From the human T2T-CHM13v2.0 reference genome, Homo sapiens: DNA of 64,000 nucleotides. The notes under the pieces are model-generated. The model searched no databases and was not told where the DNA came from. It was given only the letters and a program-made list of their open reading frames with translations. The translations under genes and the position numbers were made by a program. The stretch is from the NCBI RefSeq assembly GCF_009914755.1, contig NC_060927.1; one strand, given 5' to 3'. This document shows, piece after piece, positions 13,282-25,615 of the stretch (positions are counted from its first letter, which is position 1; every line of letters begins with the position of its first letter).

Positions 13282-13360
13282 TCTATCTATCATCTATCTA
13301 TCTATCTATCTATCTATCTGTCTATCTATCTATCTATCTATCTATCCATCCATCCATCTA
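13282..13360. repeat. Compound tetranucleotide STR (TCTA)n TCTG (TCTA)n (TCCA)n
   Basis: Directly visible tandem array. Confidence 0.95.
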
Positions 13361-13639
13361 ACTGACCTGTCTCTGCCTCATCTACCTACATAATGAATAA
13401 GATCTTATAAGCTTGGATTATAAGTTTATTGCATTAAATATATGGTAGTATTTTAAAGATTCTCACCTAATTGAATCTCTGCTCAGCCACTAAATCAGCA
13501 ACTAAACAGATACGGATTTTGTAGAAAAAAGTTATTTAATTCATTTAAGTTTAATTTTAAAGCTGATAATTCAGTTTGTGAAAAATTTTTAAGTTTGTTT
13601 GAAACAACTTAGATATGGGTATCTACTTTTTCAGTGGTA

Positions 13640-13947
13640 CATTTATTAAATCTAAATATATGCTAAATACTGCTGATGAAAATTTAGTGTCTGAATTGAG
13701 ATGTTTTGTGAGAAATACATTACAGATTTCAAATATTATAAACATGTGAAATATCTAATTAATATTTTATTTTATATTATTAAATATATTTCAACATATA
13801 ATAAGAAAATATTTTAGAAAGGTCAGCTTGAATAAAAATGTCATTAAAATCAATTTCACCTGTTTCTCTTTACTTTTTAAAATGTGCTGACTAGAAAGTT
13901 TGAACTTACTTATGTGGCTTGCATTGTATTTCTATTTGACAACACTG
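13640..13947. mobile_element. hAT-Charlie DNA transposon end (Charlie1/MER33-like)
   Basis: gatgaaaatttagtgtctgaattgagatg...aatttcacctgtttctctttactttttaaaatgtg...tatgtggcttgcattgtatttctatttgacaacactg (terminal inverted repeat end). Confidence 0.8.
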
Positions 13948-14537
13948 TTAGAAGAATACCCCAAGAGAAAGGGTAATATAATATGCCCTACATATAAAAA
14001 TAAATTTGAAATGAATTAGGAGAGTTTGGTGTGAAAAATAAGTCATAAACAACTATGATAGGTACTCACTTTATTTTTGAAGGGGTAATAGTTTTATCAG
14101 TACTAGGGAAAAGGAATAAATATAATATATTTATAGCTTTGACTATATAAAATTACTGACTTTGTGGGTTTCTATGTGTATATTTTAAGAATCCATCATG
14201 AGTAAAATTAAAAAGCAGCAGTTCACAATGTTTCCACAGCAGCTCCTCTTGCCTTCCATGGAGGGGAAAGGCCTTCTACTAAATTCTCTGCAGTGGATAG
14301 CATTGGGATCATTCTTCTGGACCTTTATTTCTTCCCTGGACAAGGAGAGGCTCATCCCATTCTTGTGACTGTATCAAACCTGATCTCTCTCTCCTTGGCA
14401 GAGTACATTGCTTTTCTTCATTCCTGTTTTGTAATAAGTTTCAGTTATTGGGAGTGATTTAAGTATGCTTGGGTACTCACATGTACTTTTTAAACTACAC
14501 ATTTGTGAAATTTTTGTGGTTAGTGGGAATAGGAGCA

Positions 14538-14876
14538 CAGTCTTGTGCCACTAGACAAAATGTGATAGAGATACATTTTGAGAAATGTGTAGTTAGGAGC
14601 TTTCATTGTCAGGAGCACTTCGTTGAGTGTACTAACACACACCTAGATGGCAGAGCACATTACATACCTAGAGCATAAGGTGTAGCCTATTACTCCTAGG
14701 CTACAAATCTGTACAGCATGTTACTGTTTTTAATAGTGTAAGGAGATAGTACCACACCGGTATTTCTGTATCTAAATATAGAAAAGATACAGTAAAAATA
14801 CAGAATTATAATTTTTTGGAACCACAGTTATATATGCAGTCCATTGTTGCCTAAAATGTTATGCAGCACGTGGCTA
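14538..14876. mobile_element. Tigger3a/MER7-like (TcMar-Tigger) non-autonomous element
   Basis: cagtcttgtgccac...gcctattactcctaggctacaaatctgtacagcatgttactgt...gttatgcagcacgtggcta with degenerate TIRs at both ends. Confidence 0.85.
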
Positions 14877-15129
14877 TATATGAATTGTCATTTTTCAGCC
14901 ACACACATGATATGGTGCAAGGGTTAATGGTAAGTTTTAATGGATAGAAGTAGGTATCCCTATTTTGGCTTTCAGAAGCTAAATTTTTTATTGCTAAGTT
15001 TTTTATTTTTTCCAGTGAAAGTTGAATTAGTATATTAATGCCATCTGCCTCCTGTGACTTTGATTTAATTTTTAATTCAGTAGGCATAAACTCATGATAT
15101 AATGCATTGGGAAATATGCCTACTCACCT

Positions 15130-15690
15130 ATGTTGTGTTCTTGTCAGGTATGTTTGACCTGAATCTAATGTTGAAAAAACATCAGATATATCTGGAAAGC
15201 AGGATGGTGTATAGGCTGATTAACCTGGACCCTTAGAGGAGTCAGTATCAAGAAAGACCTAGGAGAAGGTGTAACTCTTATACACTAAGAGAACTAAAGA
15301 TTCAAATGCTATACATAATTGAATCTTGAATCTTGAAAAAACATTTTGAGGATGATTGGGAGAATTTGTATATGAACTGTGTATTAAATAATACTATGAT
15401 TGTTAATATTCTTGGGTGTGGTAATGATGTGGTTTCATTGGAAATAATATTTTCCTTCTTGGGAGATGCATGCTGAAGTATTTAGGAGTGACATATACTT
15501 TTAGAAGTACATTCACGCCTACTTTTGGAAGGTTTGACAAAAGTTGAGTATGTGTGTGTGTATGTGTGTGTGTGCATGCTTACATATGTAGATAGGCAAT
15601 AGGTATTGCAGAGCTGTTAACAAATCATATAGGTTTTTCTGTACTGCCCTTTCAGACTTTCAGTGTTTTTAATATTTTTCAAAATAAAAA
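15130..15690 (+). mobile_element. L1M (L1MC/L1ME) 3' UTR fragment with (TG)n
   Basis: acattttgaggatgattgggagaatttg...gggagatgcatgctgaagtatttaggagtga...ttttcaaaataaaaa. Confidence 0.7.
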
Positions 15691-15749
15691 AACATGCATA
15701 GGTATTTTTATGTATATGTGGCATGGGGATGAGAAGTGTGATTAATTAA

Positions 15750-16209
15750 TAATGCAAAACCCCAACATATAAGTGACAAATACTTGCAACCTACATGAAA
15801 AATGGTTAATCAAACCAGTTTGTTAGAAAATCTTAAGAGCAATAAGAAAAAGATAATTTCCTTAATAGAAGAATAGCCAAATAACATGAGTAGGTTATCA
15901 AGAAAGAATAAAGACAAATTAAGTAAATAAAGATATTAAAATATTTAACACTGATAATCACAGGCAGGAACTTATATACAATGCCAAGGTAGAAATTTGC
16001 ATTTTCTTTAGTACAATATTTTACAATTATAAATAATATTACAGTCTAGGGAAACAGACTATCTCTTAAACTGCTGATAAAAGTACAATACTTTACAAAC
16101 GTTATTTGTAAATTTGTAACAAGTAACATATATATGTATATATATATATATAAATTTGTATTAACATATCCTAAGAAAACCTAAAATATCAGCAAAATTG
16201 TACCAACAA

Positions 16210-16243
<34 letters not shown>

Positions 16244-17100
16244 AGATGGAGTCTCACTCTGTTGCCAGGCTGGAGTGAAAAGCCTTGACCTCTGCTCACT
16301 GTAACCTCCGCCTCCTGGGTTCAAGCGATACTCCTGCCTCAGCCTCCTGAGTAGCTGGGACTACAGGCGTGCCCCAACACGCCCAGCTAATTTTAGTAAT
16401 TTTAGTAGAGACAGGGTTTCACCATGTTGGCCAGGCTGCTCTCGATCTCCTGACCTCATGATCCACCTGCCTTTGCCTCCCAAAGTGCTAGGGTTACAGG
16501 CATGAGCCACAGCACCTAGGCCAACAAAGATTTTTTAACAGGATTTTTAAAAAGGCAGAACATTATAGATTCCAGGATATGTTTCCTCATATTTAGAGTA
16601 TACAATTTTTAAAATGTTTACATCTTGGTGGGGTGGTGTTGCAAGTACTAAATAATGACAGAATGACTGCAAAATTAATAGGATTAAATGAGATGATGAA
16701 TGCATAGTAGACAGTACAGTATATTAATCAAATCGAAATGACTAACATAGACTCCAGTGGGGATTAGGACTGTACAGTATGTTAGTTAAATAGGAAAGAC
16801 GAGCATAGAGTCTAATGTGGATTAGGTAAATAAATTATATGCTATTCAACAGAAAACTATGAATTTATTAAAAGCCATGTGCTCAAAGATTTCTAACTGG
16901 TATTTTAAAATAAAATGTCAGGTTACCAAAAACTTTAGTATGACAGTAATGTAAAAAAAACCCACACACACACACACACACAAATATTTAAATTTACATT
17001 CATGTAAGAGCATAAAAAGCCACATAGCAAAACAGTAATAGCAGTTCTTCAGAGGGTGGAATCATAAACAATGTTAATGTTCTTTTTTCTTTTTCTCCCT
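15750..17100 (+). mobile_element. Highly degenerate L1M fragments interrupted by an Alu
   Basis: A-rich L1-like motifs (aatagaagaatagccaaataacatgagtagg; ggttagtaaataaattat-like; gctattcaac); boundaries approximate. Confidence 0.4.
16212..16522 (-). mobile_element. AluSc-like
   Basis: T31 tail, gttgccaggctgg (single-C deletion), ctcgatctcctgacctcatgatcc; TSD aacaaag(t/a)ttttt. Confidence 0.95.
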
Positions 17101-17364
17101 AAATTCCTCACGAGTATTTCATTTATTGACTTAAAACCCCCAAACTCAAATCAAAAATAACCAAAATTTTGCAAGTAACATTATTCTCTGAAAATAGAAT
17201 ATGATTTTTATTTCCCAATGCAGAGTATTAAGGGAAAATTTATAATGAAGATAAATTCAAGGCACTGATATAGCAGGACTTTAGAATTATTTGAGGGTGT
17301 CTTCCTATTCAGAAGAAGCAATCTGCAGGGTTAAAACAATGAGGATGGTATCACATTATAGAAA

Positions 17365-17660
17365 TAGACTGGTGTAGCGGAATCAGATAGGCTTAGGTAG
17401 AAACTGATTTTGACGTTCTTCATGGTATGATTTAAGTTTTTAATCTTTTGAAATTTCCATTTTCCCACCCATTTTTGTACTGAGAATAATAACACCTAAA
17501 TAAGGGTACTATGATTGTTAAATGAAACTATAAGAGTGGGGAGGGGGCGGGAAAGAGAGAGAAGCCCCTATCTGCTGTGCCAAACTTTAAATTATTCAGT
17601 TTACATACATGATCTCATTTAATCCTCACATACCAATGAGGTGTTCTGGGTATAATTCCT
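17365..17660. mobile_element. Two MIR fragments in opposite orientation
   Basis: gagaataataacaccta...gattgttaaatga (+) followed by tttacatacatgatctcatttaatcctcaca (-). Confidence 0.55.
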
Positions 17661-17929
17661 TGCAAAGTCCATCTAACTTCAAGAACCACAGTGGTGCACA
17701 GAGCCTCCTTTACAAGCCCTAAAGCCAGATTCTGGAGGTGTAATGTTTTCTTTGTCCCTGCAACCTGAAGAGAATCATTTTGGCAGTGTGACCTCTGAGA
17801 GTATAACATTTCTCCATTAGACCTTAAGTTCTATTGAGATGTCCTAAAGTGAATCTTTGTCAAAATTCAGAAACAAAGAAGCCAAAGTTAGCCTCTTTGT
17901 TCTCTAGAAGGCTTAAATGAAAAAGGGTG

Positions 17930-18235
17930 GGCCAGGTGCAGTGGCTCACACCTGTAATCCCAGCACTTTGGGAGGCCGAGGCAGGAGGATGACTTGAGGT
18001 CAGGAGATGGAGACCATCCTGGCCAACATGGTGAAATCCCGTCTCTACTAAAAATAGAAAAATTAGCCTGGTGTGGTGGCACGCGCCTGTAGTCCTAGCT
18101 ACTCAGGAGGCTGAGGCAGGAGAAAAGCTTGAACCTGGGAGATGGAGAGGTTGCAGTGAGCCGAGATCGGCCACTGCACTCCAGCCTGGGTGACAGAGTG
18201 AGACTCCCTATTAAAAAAAAAAAAAAAAAGAAAAG
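17930..18235 (+). mobile_element. AluS
   Basis: ggccaggtgcagtggctcacacctgtaatcccagc...A tail; TSD aaaagggtg. Confidence 0.95.
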
Positions 18236-20376
18236 GAAAAGGGTGATAGAAGTTTCAGTCAGCCAGAGGAATAGAAATCAAGGGGATTCACAAAAATGCC
18301 ACTTGCCTTTGCTTTTTGTTTATAGATTTTGCATCTTTTTACAGAGTCAAGATGTTCCCTACAGATTCATAGGCCTGAGTTTAGCACATAGCTGAGATAA
18401 GGAGACCCAACAGCATTTTGAACCTTCAGATAAACAGATCAGATGACATTAAAATTAAGAGGCAGTGAGAGATCAGTAATGCATTGTTATAGCTTTGAGG
18501 CTGAATGGAAATTATTCTACTTCTACAAAGTCTTCGCTCCTGAAACACTTGCTATACCATACCACGGAATCATAGACATTTATCACCCTTAATACATCCA
18601 CTCATTGTCAGAAGCTTCTGAGCATAGATGGAATGATGCTCAGTTCAAGACAACATATCTATAAATCCTACCCCATTAATTTACTTTCTTTTCAAGAAAT
18701 ATTCCTGAAATTCAAGCTGCTTGACCAAAGAGCTGAGATTTTATCATTTGAAATAAAAGCACCTTTATGTCTATTTGTTTAGTTTTCAAATTAGATAGTA
18801 TTTCTTTTTCTTTTAATTGCACGTGCTAACAATTTTTAGTGGATAAGCTCATATGCAATATTATGGCATGAAAATAATTTACAGCACTATGAGTGTCTCT
18901 CTGAATTATCCCCAATTCACTGCATTATTAAATATTATATATATTATTCAATATATTTTTATCAAATAAATATTTTTCTTGCAAATGAGATCAAAACTAC
19001 TTAGCATTATATAAGATTACTAGACACTGATGAGATAACATGAATTTTTTTTTTTTACTAAAATGTCCTGCTTTTAGTTTATATACTGCGTTGATAGACA
19101 CACAGGGGAAAATGTGATGAGAGAAAAATGGGAAGGCAATTTAGTTTATTTACACAATATCCACATTTGTTAGTATTTAATGTTTATTATTTATTCATCC
19201 TTTTTTTTACTGCCTCTGTGCCTTGAGATAAAGATTTGAGCATGTGCTTTCCTCATGTTTATCTGGATCCAACAGAAGGTCGCCTGGGAGCTGGAAGGGC
19301 AGGCATTTTAAAACCCAAATATTTAATTACCTCTCCTGGCCTGGTTGAGGAGGCATCCCGTAGTTTACAGGGGCAAGGGTGCTTGTGTTTGGGCTAGTGG
19401 TTCAGTGTGTCTGGAGAATGAATGTTTGACACTCCCTTCATGGATTGTGAAGCAGGCTGAGAACTAATCAGTTTTCTGTAACCTACTGTTTTGTAGCTTT
19501 ATTATTTTCAAAGATGGTGAGTTCCCAGGTTGGACCCACTAAGAACCAACTATGAGTATGACAGGCAATCTAAACAAGGTGGCCCACATTTTTTAGTAAG
19601 ACCTGATTGCTCATTTTGTTTTATATTGATTGCAAATTTGCTTCTATTTACTGTCAACTGTAGGTCCTGGTTCTTCTTCCTGAAGCAACATAAATCAGCT
19701 CTTTCTTTTTTCTACACTGTAGCTCTCCTGCCTATTTGATATTTTCTATGATCCATAGAGGTTAATGTTAGACTATGTGATATTTTGACTTGAATTGCCT
19801 GTGACAATTCTGTATGTACATATGTGTATTAGAATATAAACCATAAAATCATTTCTGGTAGAGCAAGATCTAGCTAGTTAACTGTACTTGGGACCTAAAA
19901 GAAATCTGCTTTGAAAAATATTTTAAAATGTATATTAATCACAGCATCTTTATGATACTGTATATGATTTGAGTAATGGTAAAAATGTGATTATGTCTGA
20001 ACATTATGAGGAATTGGGACTGTAGTAAATTTTATAGTTGTACGTATAAGAAAATCCATCGAACAAACTCAATAATAAAAGGTATCTTTAGGGTATTAGA
20101 TTCCTTATGGAATCAGAATTTATTGGTAATTTCATTGGAATGTTTGAGAGGGTATATGTCACTGAGGTGGGGAGAGGTATTTTGATGAAAGCCAGTGGAA
20201 TACTCATAAAAGTTTTCTTTTTTTAAAAAAAGAAAAAGATCGTGGTGCAGTGAACATATTGCATGCCTGTCGGCATCTTATTCTAAAGCACTCTCCACAC
20301 AAGAGTAATTTTAATAATTAGGACTGTCTTTATGCTACTGCTGACAACTTCCAAATGTCTACAGGGAACTGAATGT

Positions 20377-20377
<1 letters not shown>

Positions 20378-20415
<38 letters not shown>

Positions 20416-20423
20416 GGCGTGTG
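20378..20423. repeat. (TG)n(CG)n microsatellite
   Basis: gtgtgtgt...gtgcgcgcgggcgtgtg; alternating purine-pyrimidine tract. Confidence 0.9.
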
Positions 20424-20569
20424 TTCTCTCTTGTGGGTGTGACTTTCTCCTCTATTCTTCAGCAGCATTTAGCCTGGCATAAAATCATATTTTACTACTT
20501 ACAATTAGCCTTAGCCATTGACAGGAGGTAAGGGGAAAGAAAAGTAAAACCCTTTCATTAAAAAAAATT

Positions 20570-21618
20570 TATTTTTATTTATACATTTAGTTTTTTCTTT
20601 CCAACTTTTATATTTGGTTGAGAGGGTACATGTGCAGGTTTGTCATATAGATAAATTGCATGTTGTGGCTTTTGGTGTATAGATTATTTCATCATCCAGT
20701 TAATGAACATATTTACCTGATAGGTCAAGGGTCCCCAACACCTAGGCCACTGTCTGGTACTGGTCTGTGGCCTGTTAGGAGCTGGGCCACACAGCAGGAG
20801 GTGAGCCACAGGCAAGAGAGCCATCTGTATTTACAGTTTTTCACATCATGGCTCACGTTACCACCTGAGCTCTGCCTGCCGTCAGATCAGCAGTGGCTTT
20901 AGATTCTACTAGCAGTGCCCTATTGTGAACTGTGCATGTAGGGGATCTAGGTTGTGTGGTTCTTTATGAGAATCTAATACCTGATGATCTGTCACTGTCT
21001 CCCATCACCCCCAGATGGGACTGTCTAGTTTCAGGAAAACAAGCTCAGGGCTCCCATGAGTCTACAATAAGGTGAGTTGTATAATTATTTCATTATATAT
21101 TACAATGTAATAATAATAGACATAAAGTGCACAATAAATGTAATGTGCTTGAATCATCCTGAAACTATTCTCCCACCCCCTGGTCTGTGGAAAAATTGTC
21201 TTCTACAAAACTTGTCCCTGGTGCCAAAAGGGCACCTTTATTCCCTTTTTTGTGTCCATGTGTACTCAATGTTTAGCTCCCACTTATGAGAACATGCAAT
21301 ATTTGATTTTCTGTTCCTGCATTAATTTACTCAGGAGTATGGCCTCCAGCTCCATTCATGCTGCTGCAAAGGACATGATTTCATTATTTTTTATGGATGT
21401 GTAGTATTCCATGGTATATTTGTACCATATTTTCTTTATCCAGTTCACCATTGATGGGCATCTAGGTTAATTCCATGTCTTTGCTATTGTGAATCATGCT
21501 GTGATGAACATACACGTGCATGTTTCTTTACGGCAGAATGGTTTATATTTCTTTGGATATATACTCAGTAATGGGATTGCTGGGTTGACTGGTAGTTCTG
21601 TTTCAAGTTCTTTGAGAA
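20570..21618 (-). mobile_element. L1PA15/16-like 3' end, interrupted by MER1A
   Basis: ccaacttttat...gggtacatgtgcaggtttgt; resumes tgtgtccatgtgtactcaatgtttagctcccacttat...atactcagtaatgggattgctggg...gttctttgagaa. Confidence 0.85.
20726..21231. mobile_element. MER1A (hAT-Charlie) with one TIR truncated
   Basis: caagggtccccaac...ggaaaacaagctcagggctccca...gtggaaaaattgtcttc...ccctggtgccaaaagg. Confidence 0.9.
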
Positions 21619-21934
21619 AAGGAAGTAAAATTTTAAGAGTAATGTTATTTGAGATTAGGCATTTGGTTCATTATTATTGTCACTTTCTGCTTTGAAATTT
21701 GTTCTCTTGAATACGAAGATTTAATGACAAAGAGAATCCCAATTATAAATTTATAAATCCTAATTATAAAACAAACATTATAAAAAACCGTTTGCTTTAA
21801 GTGTCAAGCCAGTCCTTTGAAAGTCTTGTTTGATATTTCCTTTAGAGAAGGATATTCTTAGATCCAGAAGGCTCTAAGGGAGTTACGAAGAATCAGCAAA
21901 GAGGAAAAAAACCAATACATTCACACTCCTATTC

Positions 21935-22100
21935 CCACCACATAGAATCACCTGGGAAGATATTGCAACAAAATGATAATGCCCAGGCCCCTACCAGAGA
22001 AATTATGATTTTATTGGTCTGAGATAGGGCTTGGATATTGGTATTTTTCAATATCTCTCCAGGTGATTCCAGTGTGTAGCTAAGGATCGGAATAGCTGGT
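21935..22100. mobile_element. MER5-family (MER5B-like) DNA transposon
   Basis: tagaatcacctggga...gcccaggcccctaccagaga...gattttattggtct...ctccaggtgattcc. Confidence 0.75.
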
Positions 22101-23367
22101 CTACTCTAGAACAGCATAAATGTAAATCTTATACTTGGCAGGCTTAGCACTTGAATTAGGAACTATCATAGAGGTATGTCTCACTGTTTCTAACTAGTTG
22201 TGGTGCTCTGTCAGTTCCAAGAAAAATATTATTGTTGGCTACTAAATGGTTAGCTTAATACTATACCCATTTATCTTGCATCTGGCTAGTACTTGCCAGT
22301 AAGACTGAATGGCAAATCTGTCTTCCCTATGTTAGTACTTTGTTGTCATGTGAAATGAGATTAATATCCCATCTTTGCACAAAAGTTAAAGCATGGGGGA
22401 TCTCTTGAGAAAGACTTTTTAAATGAGATTTATAAAATCTTATGTGTTTTCTGATTATAATATGTATAATAAGCTATATTTTTGTTTATTATAAAATAAA
22501 TTAAGATTAACATTTATATGATTCTACAACATAAAAATGTTTAATCGGCAGTAGATTCATTCATGAGGAAGACAAGATAATTTAGAAGGTGAGTAAAATG
22601 TAAATTCTGGAAAAGCAAGTTCAATCAACATTCAAATTATATTCAGGGCTCAGACTAAGGGTTATGTCTTTGGGAATGTATGTTATTTGGTTTATGACAT
22701 ATAAGTATACGACAGCTAGGAAAAAAGGATTAAGAAGAATGCAATATGACTATGTAGAGGCCGATGAATCATGCTGGTTTGGTCCAATCAGAAATGATAT
22801 TGGGTTCATTTACATAGGATCTAACTCATGTAATGGGAGTTGGGGAAACTATAACAGTCTGAGATATAGATTGAAATATTTAATAAAATTATTATTTAAA
22901 TTTCCAACTTTAAACACTAAGAGATACATTTACAGAGAATATATGCAGGGGGAATTCATGCAGGATATATTTAGAACCTTTCTCATTATCATGTCCTTTC
23001 TTCCTCCTCCCGTCTCCGAAGAGAGATGTCTTAGCTTCTTGTTTTCACCTTCTTTTTTAGCATTAGATCCACCAGGTTTGCATAACATTCTTTAAAAAAC
23101 CCTTCCAAACTTTATTTCTCTATAACTTATATTGATAATCATTGAGAGAAGGCACTTTTATGATTTATGATTATTATTTATTATGTCCATGTCTTGGCTT
23201 CTTCATATATTGAAGATACGTATGTATATAGGAGACCTCTCTACTAAGGCCGTCTAGTTCCCCCATAACTCCACAAGGCAGCACTGCCTCCCATATGCAG
23301 CAACCATTATCTTGCTACAATTAAGGTTCCCTATTAGTTTGTATGATTTTCTTTTATATTTATAGTA

Positions 23368-23866
<499 letters not shown>

Positions 23867-24249
23867 TAAATATTCATATTATTTCCACAGCATTTTGAAT
23901 ATAAATTTAATAACACAGCTACACTATGAATCTATGTGCTATTTAACTTGTCAAATTAGCAAAATATTGTCCATCTTTTGCTACATCTGAGAGTCCATGT
24001 GTTTCTGTGGATCTCTCTGTCTCATTCTGATCTATGTTCCTTTTAAAATGAAAACATTGGCAAAAAACTTTTATTAGACTTTTTTTTGTAAGTAACTTTG
24101 TAATGATGTGTATCCATTTGTAAGTAAATTATAAAACAAATAATAAAATAATGCATTTAAATTCCCATCTATTCCTTAACTTCTAGGATGGAAATGTAAT
24201 ATATTTGATTTGGGTTTAAATATTAGAACTGTTTGATGAGTTTAAACAG

Positions 24250-24365
24250 CAAACTTCATGAGGATAGAGGGGATACCATCTGTGTGACTTACTGCTTATT
24301 ATCTGGTGCCTATCACAGGGCCTGGTACATAGTGAATACTCAGTAGTATTTGTTAGATATATTCA
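24250..24365 (+). mobile_element. L2 3' end fragment
   Basis: aaacttcatgagg...tgcctatcacagggcctggtacatagtgaatactcagtagtatttgtt. Confidence 0.7.
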
Positions 24366-25494
24366 GACATTTAAAAAGTGATTTGCTCTTTGAGCTTTAA
24401 GATACCACCCACAGAAAAATTTTAGAATTTGAGTAATAATCTCAAGTCTAACACTTGTGGTCCAAAACAATTATGAGTTATATCTCAGCTTTCTATTGTA
24501 GGGTCTTAATATAGTTTACTACAAAAATGACATTGAATAAGAGGAGGCACATGTAACTAAGCTTTTAAAAGCCTTTCTGATGGTATAGTTTCATTGTCAA
24601 TTTGAAAATTTCTCAAATAGATAGGTTTCTTTTCATTCTCCTAATAGAAACACAAAGAGTTTGAGTAAATTACTAGAAGCCCTAGTGAGCAGAGGTTCTC
24701 TGTTTTACCTCCTCGTTTCCTTTTTATAGAATGAATCCTACTCCCTTTAAAAATATTTACTTTTTTCTTATTATGTCTTCATCTTTTAATCTTATTTTCT
24801 CAGTTGTTTTCTCTAAAAACAGAAATGTGATTTCACATTACTGTGTACAGTTTTAGTATATTTAGTTTTTTTGTAATTGAGATTGTTGCTTTCTGAAAAA
24901 ATGAATTTTGAAGAAGACAACATAACTTTTGAGGTAACCTATTTAAATTGTCATCCTCCTGATCCTTGAAGAAGCCTGGTGAGAATCTGTGATGTTGTCC
25001 AGCGTGGAATACTTGAGAGGTGCTCAACTTACCGTGTCACAGTGTTTGAGGTTTTCTTAGATGTTATGTCCAGATTTCTATTCTTCTGACATCAGTTGAG
25101 CAATCCTAAGAGAACTGTTGGTAAATTTGTGATAGATTGATGAACATCTTCATTTATCATTTTTTAAATTCATTGTCCCTATGTAGCAGATAATGTAATA
25201 TTCACAGGAAATATAAGCATAAAAACATAATTGATGTTTGTACAGATAGAATAGAGAAATTGATCGTCTATATTAAGGAGCAGAAGAAAAGGAGACTGCT
25301 GGGTACACTTTTTTTTGCTCCCTTCTGTTTTTCTAGTCTTTTAGAAGTTGTGATGAAGGAAGTGTCAAGATTACAAGGAGTTAGAAGTCTCCTCTGTCTC
25401 AATGCACAGACTTTGGAAGCTATGGGACAGATCAGGGAGCTATGTCTGGGAGAGAGGAGTAGATGAAAGGGACTCCAGAAGCAGAACAGGTCCT

Positions 25495-25615
25495 TGTAGC
25501 ATGGAAAAAGCCCATTTCATAGATGAGGAATTTGAGGCACTAATATGTGAAGAAAACCTGATCAAGTTTCCATGCCTAGGGAGCAGAACACGAGTCTGAT
25601 CCTTCAGTCCCCACT
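25495..25615 (-). mobile_element. MIR fragment
   Basis: cccatttcatagatgaggaatttgaggcac MIR core. Confidence 0.6.

Noticed and set aside
22664-23095. Longest non-repeat ORF (143 aa)
   Set aside because: No recognisable domain, composition typical of random AT-rich DNA, no supporting promoter or splice context
25033-25105. Possible minus-strand 73-nt exon (CG|GTAAGT donor, ttctcttag acceptor); other strong minus donors near 3425, 15128, 46029, 50243
   Set aside because: Weak acceptors and a donor frequency compatible with chance; no coherent gene model
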